64,000 nucleotides of DNA, taken from the NCBI RefSeq assembly GCF_009914755.1, contig NC_060933.1. One strand, written 5' to 3'. The stretch comes from the human T2T-CHM13v2.0 reference genome, Homo sapiens. Both the position numbers and the translations under genes were made by a program. The notes under the pieces were generated by a model that saw only the letters and a list, made by a program, of their open reading frames with translations, searched no databases and was not told the DNA's origin. The stretch's first letter is position 1. Each line of letters starts with the position of its first letter. Shown in pieces: positions 30,701-45,139 of this stretch.

Positions 30701-33700
30701 GTTGATTCCATTGCTTTGCATTCCATTCCATTCCATTCCATTCCGGATGATTCCATTCCATTGCATTCCATTCCATTCCATTCCCCTGCACTCGGGTTGA
30801 TTCCATTCCATTCCACTCCATTCCATTCCATTCCATTCCATTCCATTGTATTCCGGTTAATTCCATTCCATTCCATTCCATTCCATTCCATTCCATTCCA
30901 TTACAATCGAGTTGATTCCATTCCATTCCATTCCATTCCAGTCCTTTCCATTCCATTCCACTCGGGTTGATTCCATTCTATTAGTTTCCATTCCATTCCA
31001 TTCCCTTCCATTCCACTCTGGTTGATTCCATTTCTTTCCATTCCACTTGAATACATTCCCTCCTTTTCTACTCGGAACGATTCCATTCCATTCCATTCCA
31101 TTCCATTCCATTCCATTCCATTCCATTCCGTTCCATTCCATTTCGTTCCATTCCATTCTATTCCCTATCATTCCATTCCATTCCATTCCATTCCATTCCA
31201 TTGTACTCGGGTTGATTCCATTCCATTGCATTCCATTCCATTCCATTCCATTCCATTCCGTTGCATTCCATTCCATTACGTTCTGATTGATTCTATTCAA
31301 CTCACTTACTCTCCATTACATTCCATTCCATTCGGGTTGTTCCATTCCATTCCATTCCATTCCACTCCATTCCATTGCACTCGGGTTGATTCCATTCCAT
31401 TCCATTCCATTCCATTCCATTTCGGATGATTCCATTCCATTGCATTCCGTTCCATTACATTCCCCTGCACTCACGTTGATTCCATTCCATTCCATTCCAT
31501 TCCATTCCATTCAATTCCATTCCATTACAATTCGTTTCATTCCATTCTATTCCGTACCGTTCCATTCCATTCCATACCATTCCATTCCATTCCATTCCAT
31601 TCCGTTCCATTCCATTCCTTTCCGTTCCATTCCGTTCCATTCCATTCTATTCGGATTAATTCCATTCCATTCCATTCCATTCCATTCTATTCCATTCCAT
31701 TGCAATCGAGTTGAATCCATTGCATTTCATTCCATTCCATTCCATTCCATTCCACTCCGGAAGTTTCCATTCCATTGCATTCCATTCCATTCCATTCCAT
31801 TCAATTCCATTCCGTTCCATTCCATTCCATTACATTCGGATTGATTCTATTCAACTCCCTTAGTCTCCATTACATTCCATTCCATTCGGGTTGTTCCATT
31901 CCATTCCATTCCACTCCATTCCATTGCACTCGGGTTTATTCCATACCATTCCATTCCATTCCATTCAATTCCATTCCATTCCGGAAGATTCCATTCCATT
32001 GCATTCCATTCCATTCCATTCCCCTGCACTCGCGTTGATTCCATTCCATTCCATTCCATTCCATTCCATTCCATTCCGTTCCGTTCCATTCCATTCCATT
32101 CCATTCCATTCCATTCCGTTCCGTTCCATTCCTTTCCATTCCATTCTATTCGGGTTAATTCCATTCCATTCCATTCGATTGCAATCGAGTTGATTCCATT
32201 CCATTCCATTCCATTCCATTCCATTCCTTTCCATTGCATTACGGATGATTCCATTCCATTGCATTCCATTCCATTCCATTCCCCTGTACTCGGGTTGATT
32301 CCTTTCCATTCCATTCCAATCCATGCCATTCCACTCGTGTTGATTCCATTCTTTCCATTCCATTCAAGTTGAATCCATTCCATTGCATTCCATTCCATTC
32401 CATTCCCCTGCAGTCGGGTTGATTCCATTCCATTCCATTCCATTCCATTCCATTCCATTCCATTCCAATCAAGTTGATTCCATTCCATTCCATTCCATTG
32501 CATTCCATTCCATTCCACTCCATTCCAGTCCTTTCCATTCCATTCCACTCGGGTTGATTCCATTCTATTAGTTTCCATTCCATTCCATTCCCTTCCATTC
32601 CACTCTGGTTGATTCCATTCCTTTCCATTCCACTCGAATACTTTCCCTCCTATTCCACTCGGAACGATTCCATTCCATTCCATTCCATTCCTTTCCATTC
32701 AATTCCATTTCGTTCCATTCCATTCTATTCCGTATCATTCCATTCCATTCCATTCCATTCCATTCCATTCCATTCCATTCCATTGTACTCGGGTTGATTC
32801 CATTCCATTGCATTCCATTCCATTCCATTCCATTCCATTCCGTTGCATTCCATTCCATTACATTCGGATTGATTCTATTCAACTCCCTTACTCTCCATTA
32901 CATTCCATTCCATTCGGGTTGTTCCATTCCATTCCATTCCATTCCACTCCATTCCATTGCACTCGGGTAGATTCCATTCCATTCCATTCCATTCCATTCC
33001 ATTCCATTCCATTCCGGATGATTCCATTCCATTGCATTCCGTTCCATTACATTCCCCTGCACTCGCGTTGATTCCATTCCATTCCATTCCATTCCATTCC
33101 ATTCCATTCAATTCCATTCCATTACAATTCGTTCCATTCCATTCTATTCCGTACCATTCCATTCCATTCCATACCATTCCATTCCATTCCATTCCATTCC
33201 ATTCCGTTCCATTCCGTTCCATTCCATTCCATTCCATTCTATTCGGATTAATTGCATTCCATTCCATTTCATTCCATTCTATGACATTCCATTGCAATCG
33301 AGTTGAATCCATTGCATTTCATTCCATTCCATTCCATTCCGGAAGTTTCCATTCCATTGCATTCCATTCCATTCCATTCCCCTGCACTCGCGTTGATTCC
33401 ATTCCATTCCATTCCATTACATTCCGTTCCGTTCCATTCCATTGCATTCCATTCCATTCCGTTCCATTCCATTCCATTCCATTCTATTCGGGTTAATTCC
33501 ATTCCATTCCATTCGATTGCAATCGAGTTGATTCCATTCCATTCCATTCCGTTCCATTCCATTCCATTACATTCGGATTGATTCTATTCAATTCCCTTAC
33601 ACTCCATTACATTCCATTCCATTCGGGTAGTTTCCATTCCATTCCATTCCATTCCTCTCCATTCCATTGCACTCGGGTTGATTCCATTCCATTGCATTCC

Positions 33701-36700
33701 ATTCCATTCCATTCAATTCCATTCCGTTCCATTCCATTCCATTACATTCAGATTGATTCTATTCAACTCCCTTACTCTCCATTACATTCCATTCCATTCG
33801 GGTTGTTCCATTCCATTCCATTCCATTCCACTCCATTCCATTGCACTCGGGTTGATTCCATTCCATTCCATTCCAATCCATTACATTCCATTCCATTCCG
33901 GAAGATTCCATTCCATTGCATTGCATTCCATTCCATTCCCCTGCACTCACGTTGATTCCATTCCATTCCATTCTATTCCATTCCATTCCCTTCCTTTCCG
34001 TTCCATTCCATTCCATTCCATTCCATTCTGTTCCGTTCCATTCCATTCTATTCGGGTTAATTCCATTCCATTCCATTCGATTGCAATCGAGTTGATTCCA
34101 TTCCATTCCATTCCATTCCATTCCATTCCATTCCATTCCTTTCCATTCCATTACGGATGATTCCATTCCATTGCATTCCATTCCATTCCATTCCCCTGTA
34201 CTCGGGTTGATTCCATTCCATTCCATTACAATCCATGTCATTCCACTCGTGTTGATTCCATTCTTTCCATTCCATTCAAGTTGAATCCATTCCATTGCAT
34301 TCCATTCCATTCGATTCCATTCGATTGCACTCGGGTTGATTCCATTCCATTGCATTCCATTCCATTCCATTCCATTCCATTCCATTCCATTCCGTTCCAT
34401 TCCATTCCATTACATTCGGATTGATTCTATTCAATTCCCTTACACTCCATTACATTCCATTCCATTCGGGTAGTTTCCATTCCATTCCATTCCATTCCTC
34501 TCCATTTCATTGAACTCGGGTTGATTCCATTCCATTGCATTCCATTCCATTCCATTCCATTCTGGAAGATTCCATTCCATTGCATTCCATTCCATTCCAT
34601 TCCCCTGCACTCGCGTTGATTCCATTCCATTCCATTCCGTTCCATTCCATTCCATTCCATTCCATTCCATTCCTTTCCATTCAATTCCATTTCGTTCCAT
34701 TCCATTCTATTCCGTATCATTCCATTCCATTCCATTCCATTCCATTCCATTCCATTCCATTCCATTGTACTCGGGTTGATTCCATTCCATTGCATTCCAT
34801 TCCATTCCATTCCATTCCATTCCGTTGCATTCCATTCCATTACATTCGGATTGATTCTATTCAACTCCCTTACTCTCCATTACATTCCATTCCATTCGGG
34901 TTGTTCCATTCCATTCCATTCCATTCCACTCCATTCCATTGCACTCGGGTTGATTCCATTCCATTCCATTCCATTCCATTCCATTCCATTCCATTCCGGA
35001 TGATTCCATTCCATTACATTCCGTTCCATTACATTCCCCTGCACTCGCGTTGATTCCATTCCATTCCATTCCATTCCATTCCATTCAATTCCATTCCATT
35101 ACAATTCGTTCCATTCCATTCTATTCCGTACCATTCCATTCCATTCCATACCATTCCATTCCATTCCATTCCATTCCATACCATTCCATTCCATTCCATT
35201 TCATTCCATTCCGTTCCATTCCGTTCCATTCCATTCCATTCCATTCTATTCGGATTAATTGCATTCCATTCCATTTCATTCCATTCTATTCCATTCCATT
35301 GCAATCGAGTTGAATCCATTGCATTTCATTCCATTCCATTGCATTCCATTCCATTCCATTCCGGAAGTTTCCATTCCATTGCATTCCATTCCATTCCATT
35401 CCCCTGCACTCGCGTTGATTCCATTCCATTCCATGCCATTCCATTCCGTTCCGTTCCATTCCATTGCATTCCATTCCGTTCCGTTCCATTCCATTCCATT
35501 CCATTCTATTCGGGTTAATTCCATTCCATTCCATTCGATTGCAATCGAGTTGATTCCATTCCATTCCATTCCATTCCATTCCATTCCATTCCATTCCTTT
35601 CCATTCCATTACGGATGATTCCATTCCATTGCATTCCATTCCATTCCATTCCCCTGTACTCGGGTTGATTCCATTCCATTCCATTCCAATCCATGCCATT
35701 CCACTCGTGTTGATTCCATTCTTTCCATTCCATTCAAGTTGATTCCATTCCATTGCATTCCATTCCATTCGATTCCATTCGATTGCACTCGGGTTGATTC
35801 CATTCCATTGCATTCCATTCCATTCCATTCCATTCCATTCCATTCCATTCCGTTCCATTCCATTCCATTACATTCGGATTGATTCTATTCAATTCCCTTA
35901 CACTCCATTACATTCCATTCCATTCGGGTAGTTTCCATTCCATTCCATTCCATTCCTCTCCATTCCATTGCACTCGGGTTGATTCCATTCCATTGCATTC
36001 CATTCCATTCCATTCAATTCCATTCCACTCCATTCCATTCCATTGTATTCGGGTTAATTCCATTCCATTCCATTCCATTCCATTCCATTCCATTACAATC
36101 GAGTTGATTCCATTCCATTCCACTCCATTCCATTCCATTCCATTCCATTCCATTCCATTGTATTCGGGTTAATTCCATTCCATTCCATTCCATTCCATTC
36201 CATTCCATTACAATCGAGTTGATTCCATTCCATTCCATTCCATTCCAGTCCTTTCCATTCCATTCCACTCGGGTTGATTCCATTCTATTAGTTTCCATTC
36301 CATTCCATTCCCTTCCATTGTATTCGGGTTAATTCCATTCCATTCCATTCCATTCCATTCCATTCCATTCCATTCCATTCCATTACAAACGAGTTGATTC
36401 CATTCCATTCCATTCCATTCCAGTCCTTTCCATTCCATTCCACTCGGGTTGATTCCATTCTATTAGTTTCCATTCCATTCCATTCCCTTCCATTCCACTC
36501 TGGTTGATTCCATTCCTTTCCATTCCTCTCGCATACTTTCCCTCCTATTCCACTCGGAACGATTCCATTCCATTCCATTCGATTCCTTTCCATTCAATTC
36601 CATTTCGTTCCATTCCATTCTATTCCGTATCATTCCATTCCATTCCATTCCATTCCATTCCATTCCATTGCAATCGAGTTGATTCCATTCCATTCCATTC

Positions 36701-39700
36701 CATTCCATTCCATTCCATTCCATTCCTTTCCATTCCATTACGGATGATTCCATTCCATTGCATTCCATTCCATTCCATTCCCCTGTACTCGGGTTGATTC
36801 CATTCCATTTCATTGCAATCCATGTCATTCCACTCGTGTTGATTCCATTCTTTCCATTCCATTCAAGTTGAATCCATTCCATTGCATTCCATTCCATTTG
36901 ATTCCATTTGATTGCACTCGGGTTGATTCCATTCCATTGCATTCCATTCCATTCCATTCCATTCCATTCCATTCCGTTCCATTCCATTCCATTACATTCG
37001 GATTGATTCTATTCAATTCCCTTACACTCCATTACATTCCATTCCATTCGGGTAGTTTCCATTCCATTCCATTCCATTCCTCTCCATTTCATTGAACTCG
37101 GGTTGATTCCATTCCATTGCATTCCATTCCATTCCATTCCATTCCATTCCGTTCCATTCCATTCCATTACATTCGGATTGATTCTATTCAACTCCCTTAC
37201 TCTCCATTACATTCCATTCCATTCGGGTTGTTCCATTCCATTCCATTCCATTCCACTCCATTCCATTGCACTCGGGTTGATTCCATTCCATTCCATTCCA
37301 TTCCATTCCATTGCGGAAGATTCCATTCCATTGAATTCCATTCCATTCCATTCCCCTGCACTCGCGTTGATTCCATTCCATTCCATTCAATTCCATTCCA
37401 TTCCATTCCGTTCCGTTCCGTTCCGTTCCGTTCCATTCCATTCCATTCCATTCCATTCCATTCCGTTCCGTTCCATTCCATTCCATTCCATTCTATTTGG
37501 GTTAATTCCATTCCATTCCATTCGATTGCAATCGAGTTGATTCCATTCCGTTCCATTCCATTCCATTCCATTCCATTCCATTCCATTCCATTCCATTCCA
37601 TTCCTTTCCATTCCATTACGGATGATTCCATTCCATTGCATTCCATTCCATTCCATTCCCCTTTACTCGGGTTGATTCCATTCCATTCCATTCCAATCCA
37701 TGCCATTCCACTCGTGTTGATTGCATTCTTTCCATTCCATTCAAGTTGAATCCATTCCATTGCATTGCATTCCATTCGATTCCATTCGATTGCACTCGGG
37801 GTGATTCCATTCCATTCCATTCCATTCCATTCCATTCCATTCCATTCCATTACATTCGGATTGATTCTATTCAATTCCCTTACACTCCATTACATTCCAT
37901 TCCATTCGGGTAGTTTCCATTCCATTCCATTCCATTCCTCTCCATTCCATTGCACTCGGGTTGATTCCATTCCATTGCATTCCATTCCATTCCATTCAAT
38001 TCCATTCCGTTGCATTCCATTCCATTACATTCGGAATGATTCTATTCAACTCCTTTACTCTCCATTACATTCCATTCCATTCGGGTTGTTCCATTCCATT
38101 CCATTCCATTCCACTCCATTCCATTGCACTCGTGTTGCATCCATTCCATTCCATTCCATTCCATTCTGGAAGATTCCATTCCATTCCATTCCATTCCATT
38201 CCATTCCATTCCATTGCAATCAGTTGATTCCATTGCATTCCATTCCATTTTATTCTATTCGGGTTAATTCCATTCCATTCCATTCGTTTGCAATAGAGTT
38301 GATTCCATTCCATTCCATTCCATTCCATTCCTTTCCATTACATTACGGATGATTCCATTCCATTTCATTCCATTCCATTCCATTCCCCTGTACTCGGGTT
38401 GATTCCATTCCATTCCATTCCAATCGAAGCCATTCCACTCGTGTTGATTCCATTCTTTCCATTCCAATCAAGTTGAATCCATTCCATTGCATTCCATTCC
38501 ATTCGATACCATTCGATTGCACTCGGGTTGATTCCATGGCATTGCATTCCATTCCATTCCATTCCATTCCATTCCATTCCATTCCATTCCATTCCTTTCC
38601 ATTCCATTCCATTCGGATTCATTCTATTCAATTCCCTTACACTCCATTACAATCGATTCGATTCTTGTAGTTTCCATTCCATTCCATTCCATTCCTCTCC
38701 ATTCCATTGCACTCGGGTTGATTCCATTCCATTCCATTCCATTCCATTCCATTCCATTCCATTCCGGATGATTCCATTCCATTGCATTCCGTTCCATTAC
38801 ATTCCCCTGCACTCGCGTTGATTCCATTCCATTCCATTCCATTCCATTCCATTCAATTCCATTCCATTACAATTCGTTCCATTCCATTCTATTCCGTACC
38901 ATTCCATTCCATTCCATACCATTCCAATCCATTCCATTCCATTCCATACCATTCCATTCCATTCCATTCCATTCCATTCCATTCCATTCCATTCCATTCC
39001 GTTCCATTCCGTTCCATTCCATTCCATTCCACTCTATTCGGATTAATTGCATTCCATTCCATTTCATTCCATTCCATTCCATTCCATTCCATTCTTTCCA
39101 TTCCATTCAAGTTGAATCCATTCCATTGCATTCCATTCCATTCCATTCCCCTGCAGTCGGGTTGATTCCATTCCATTCCATTCGACTGCAATCGAGTTGA
39201 TTCCATTCCATTCCATTCCATTCCATTCCATTCCATTCCTTTCCATTCCATTACGGATGATTCCATTCCATTGCATTCCATTCCATTCCATTCCCCTGTA
39301 CTCGAGTTGATTCCATTCCATTGCATTCCAATCCATGCCCTTCCACTCGTGTTGATTCCATTCTTTCCATTCCATTCAAGTTGAATCCATTCCATTGCAT
39401 TCCATTCCATTCGATTCCATTCGATTGCACTCGGGTTGATTCCATTCCATTCCATTCCATTCCATTCCATTCCGTTCCTTTCCATTCCATTACATTCGGA
39501 TTGATTCTATTCAATTCCCTTACACTCCATTACATTCCATTCCATTCGGGTAGTTTCCATTCCATTCCATTCCATTCCTCTCCATTCCATTGCACTCGGG
39601 TTGATTCCATTCCATTGCATTCCATTCCATTCCATTCAATTCCATTCCATTCCATTCCATTCCATTACATTCGGATTGACTCTATTCAACTCCCTTACTC

Positions 39701-42700
39701 TCCATTCCATTCCATTCCATTCGGGTTGTTCCATTCCATTCCATTCCATTCCACTCCATTCCATTGCACTCGGGTTTATTCCATTGCATTCCATTCCATT
39801 CCATTCCATTCCATTCCATTCCGGAAGCTTCCATTCCATTGCATTCCATTCCATTCCATTCCCCTGCACTCGCGTTGATTGCAATCCATTCCATTCCATT
39901 CCATTCCATTCCATTCCATTCCTTTCCGTTCCATTCCATTCCATTCCATTCCATTCCGTTCCGTTCCGTTCTGTTCCGTTCCATTCCATTCCATTCCATT
40001 CTATTCGGGTTAATTCCATTCCATTCCATTCAATTCCATTCCATTCCATTCCATTCCATTACAATCGAGTTGATTCCATTCCATTCCATTCCATTCCAGT
40101 CCTTTCCATTCCATTCCACTCGGGTTGATTCCATTCTATTATTTTCCATTCCAATCCATTCCCTTCCATTCCACTCTGGTTGATTCCATTCCTTTCCATT
40201 CCACTCGAATACATTCCCTCCTATTCCACACGGAACGATTCCATTCCATTCCATTCCATTCCATTCCATTCCATTCCAGTTCGTTCCATTCCATTCTATT
40301 CCGTACCATTCCATTCCATTCCATTCCTTTCCATTCCATTCCTTTCCACTCGTGTTGATTCCATTCCTTTCCATTCTTTCGGTTTGAAGGCATTCCATTC
40401 CATTCCATTCCATTCCATTCCATTCCATTCCATTCTCTTCCATTCCATTGCAATCGGGTTTAATCCATTGCCTTTCATTCCATTCCATTCCATTCCATTC
40501 CATTCCGGAAGTTTCCATTCCATTACATTCCATTCCATTCCATTCCCCTGCACTCGCGTTGATTCCATTCCATTCCATTCCATTCCATTCCGTTCCGTTC
40601 CATTCCATTCCATTCCATTCCGTTCCGTTCCATTCCATTCCATTCCATTCTATTCGGGTTAATTCCATTGCATTCCATTCGATTGCCATCGAGTTGATTC
40701 CATTCCATTCCATTCCATACCATTCCATTCCATTCCATTCTTTCCATTCCATTACGGATGACTCCATTCCATTGCATTCCATTCCATTCCATTCCCCTGT
40801 ACTCGGGTTGATTATATTCCATTCCATTCCACTCCATTCGGTTCCGTTGCATTCCATTCTATTGCATTCCATTCTATTCGGGTTAATTCCATGCCGTTCT
40901 ATTCCATTCCATTCCATTCCATTCCATTGCAATGGAGTTGATTCCATTCCACTCCATTCCATTCCGGATTATTCCATTCCATTGCATTCCATTCCATTCC
41001 ATTCCCCTGCACTCGTGTTGATTCCATTCCGTTCCATTCCATTCCATTCCATTCCATTGCAATCGAGTTGATTCCATTCCATTCCTTTCCATTCCATTCC
41101 ATTGCCTTTCATTCCACTCGGGTTGATTCCATTCCCTTCTTTCCACTCCATTACATTCCCTTCCATTCCACTCGGAATGATTGATTCCATTCCATTCCAT
41201 TCCATTTCATTCCATTGCAATCCATTCCAATCCATTCCATTCCATTACTTTCCACTCCATTCCACTCGAGTTGACTTCATTCCATTCCTTTCCATTCCAT
41301 TCCATTCCATTCCTTTCCACTCGAGTTGATTCCATTCCATTCCAATCCATTGCATTCCATTCCATGCCATTCCACTCGGGTTGATTCCATTCCTTTGCAT
41401 TCCATTCCATTCCATTCCATTGCATTCCATTCCATTCCATTCCGTTGCATTCCATTCCATTACATTCGGATTGATTCTATTCAACTCCCTTACTCTCCAT
41501 TACATTCCATTCCATTCGGGTTGTTCCATTCCATTCCATTCCATTCCACTCCATTCCATTGCACTCGGGTTGATTCCATTCCATTCCATTCCATTCCATT
41601 CCATTCCGGATGATTCCATTCCATTGCATTCCGTTCCATTACATTCCCCTGCACTCGGGTTGATACCATTCCATTCCATTCCATTCCTTTCCATTCCGGA
41701 TGATTCCATTCCATCGCATTCCATTCCATTCCATTCCCCTGCACTCGGGTTGATTACATTCCATTTCCTTCCCTTCCATTCCTTTCCATTCCATTCCATT
41801 CCATTCTATTCGGGTGAATTCCATTCCATTCCATTCCATTCCATTCCATTCCATTCCATTCCATTGTAATCGAGTTGATTCCATTCCATTCAATTCCATT
41901 CCGTTGCGGATGATTCCATTCCATTCCATTCCATTCCATTTCATTCCATTCCATTCCATTCCATTCCCCTGCAGTCGGGTTGACTCCATTCCATTCCATT
42001 CCATTCCATTCCATTCCATTCCATTCCATTCCGTTCCGTTCAATTCCATGCCATTCCATTCTATTCGGGTTAATTCCATTCCATTCCATTCCATTCCATT
42101 CTATTCCATTCCATTCCAATCGAGTTGATTCCATTCCATTCCATTCCATTCCACTCCATTCAAGTCCTTTCCATTCCATAACACTCGGGTTGATTCCATT
42201 CTATTCCTTTCCACTCCATTCCATTCCATTGCAATTGAGTTGATTCCATTGCTTTGCATTCCATTCCATTCCATTCCATTCCGGATGATTCCATTCCATT
42301 GCATTCCATTCCATTCCATTCTCCTGCACTCGGGTTGATTCCATTCCATTCCACTCCATTCCGTTCCATTCCATTCCATTCCATTTTATTCGGGTTAATT
42401 CCATTCCATTCCATTCCATTCCATTCCATTCCATTCCATTCCATTACAATCGAGTTGATTCCATTCCATTCCATTCCATTCCATTCCATTCCATTCCAGT
42501 CCTTTCCATTCCATTCCAATCGGCTTGATTCCATTCTATTAGTTTCCATTCCATTCCATTCCCTTCCATTCCACTCTGGTTGATTCCATTCCTTTCCATT
42601 CCACTCGAATACATTCCCTCCTATTCCACTCGGAACGATTCCATTCCATTCCATTCCATTCCATTCCATTCCATTCCAGTTCGTTCCATTCCGTTCTATT

Positions 42701-45139
42701 CCGTACCATTCCATTCCATTCCATTCCTTTCCATTCCATTCCTTTCCACTCGTGTTGATTCCATTCCTTTCCATTCCATTCGGTTTGAAGGCATTCCATT
42801 CCATTCAAATCCATTCCATTCCATTCCATTCCATTCCATTCCATTCTATTCCATTCCATTGCAATCGAGTTGAATCCATTGCCTTTCATTCCATTCCATT
42901 CCATTCCATTCCATTCCGGAAGATTCCATTCCATTGCATTCCATTCCATTCCATTCCCCTGCACTCGCGTTGATTCCATTCCATTCCATTCCATTCCATT
43001 TTGTTCCGTTCCATTCCATTCCATTCCATTCCATTCCATTCCGTTCCGTTCCATTCCATTCCATTCCATTCTATTCGGGTTAATTCCATTCCATTCCATT
43101 CGATTGCCATCGAGTTGATTCCATTCCATTCCATTCCCTTCCATTCCATTCCATTCCATTCCATTCCTTTCCATTCCATTACGGTTGACTCCATTCCATT
43201 GCATTCCATTCCATTCCATTCCTCTGTACTCGGGTTGATTCCATTCCATTCCATTCCACTCCATTCGGTTCCATTGCATTCCATTCTATTGCATTCCATT
43301 CTATTCGGGTTAATTCCATTCCATTCTATTCCATTCCATTCCATTCCATTCCATTCCATTGCAATGGAGTTGATTCCATTCCATTCCATTCCATTCCAGA
43401 TGATTCCATTCCATTGCATTCCATTCCATTCCATTCCCCTGCACTCGTGTTGATTCCATTCCCTTCCATTCCATTCCATTCCGTTCCATTCCATTCCATT
43501 CCATTCTATTCCGGTTAATTGCATTCCATTCCAATCCATTCCATTCCATTCCATTCCATTCCATTCCATTGCAATCGAGTTGATTCCATTCCATTCCTTT
43601 CCATTCCATTCCATTGCCTTGCATTCCACTCGGGTTGATTCCATTCCTTTCTTTCCACTCCATTACATTCCCTTCCATGATTGATTCCATTCCATTCCAT
43701 TCCATTTCATTCCATTGTAATCCATTCCAATCCATTCCATTCCATTCCTTTCCACTTGAGTTGACTTCATTCCATTCCTTTCCATTCTATTCCATTCCTT
43801 TCCACTCGAGTTGATTCCATTCCATTCCAATCCATTGCATTCCATTCCATGCCATTCCACTCGGGTTGATTCCATTCCTTTGCATTCCATTCCATTCCAT
43901 TCCATTCCATTCCATTCCATTCCATTCCATTCCGTTGCATTCCATTCCATTACATTCGGATTGATTCTATTCAACTCCCTTACTCTCCATTCCATTCCAT
44001 TCCATTCGGGTTGTTCCATTCCATTCCATTCCATTCCACACCATTCCATTGCACTCGGGTTGATTCCATTCCATTCCATTCCATTCCATTCCATTCCATT
44101 CTGGATGATTCCATTCCATTGCCTTCCGTTCCATTACATTACCCTGCACTCGCGTTGATTCCATTCCATTCCGTTCCATTCCATTCAATTCCATTCCATT
44201 ACAATTCGTTCCATTCCATTCTATTCCGTACCATTCCATTCCATTCCATACCATTCCATTCCATTCCATTCCATTCCATTCCGTTCCATTCCGTTCCATT
44301 CCATTCCATTCCATTCTATTCGAATTAATTCCATTCCATTCCATTACATTCCATTCTATTCCATTCCTTTGCAATCGAGTTGAATCCATTGCATTTCATT
44401 CCATTCCATTCCATTCCATTCCATTCCGGAAGATTCCATTCCATTGCATTCCATTCCATTCCATTCCCCTGCACTCGCGTTGATTCCATTCCATTCCATT
44501 CCATTCCATTCCATTCCGGATGATTCCATTCCATTGAATTCCATTCCATTCCATTCCCCTGCACTTGGGTTGATTCCATTCCATTCCATTCCATTCCTTT
44601 CTGTTCCATTCAATTCCATTCCTTTCCATTCTATTCGTGTTAATTCCATTCCATTCTATTCCATTCCATTCCATTGAAATCGAGTTGATTCCATTCCATT
44701 CCATTCCATTCCATTCCATTCCATTCCATTCCGGATGATTCCTTTCCATTGCATTCCATTACATTCCATTCCATTCCATTCCATTTCATTCTATTCGTGT
44801 TAATTCCATTCCATTCCATTCCACTCCATTCCAGTCCTTTCCATTCCATTCAACTCGTGTTGATTCCATTCTATTCCTTTCAATTCCATTCCATTCCATT
44901 GCAATCGAGTTGATTCCATTCGAGTTGAATCCATTCCATTCCATTCCATTCCATTCCATTGCACACGGGTTCATTCCATTCCATTCTATTCCATTCCATT
45001 CCATTCCATTCCATTTCATTCTATTCCATTCTATTCCATAACATTCCATTCCATCCCATTCCATTCCGTTCCATTCCATGCCATTACACTCGGGTTGATT
45101 CCATTCCTTTCCATTCCATTCTTTTTGAATCCATTCCAT

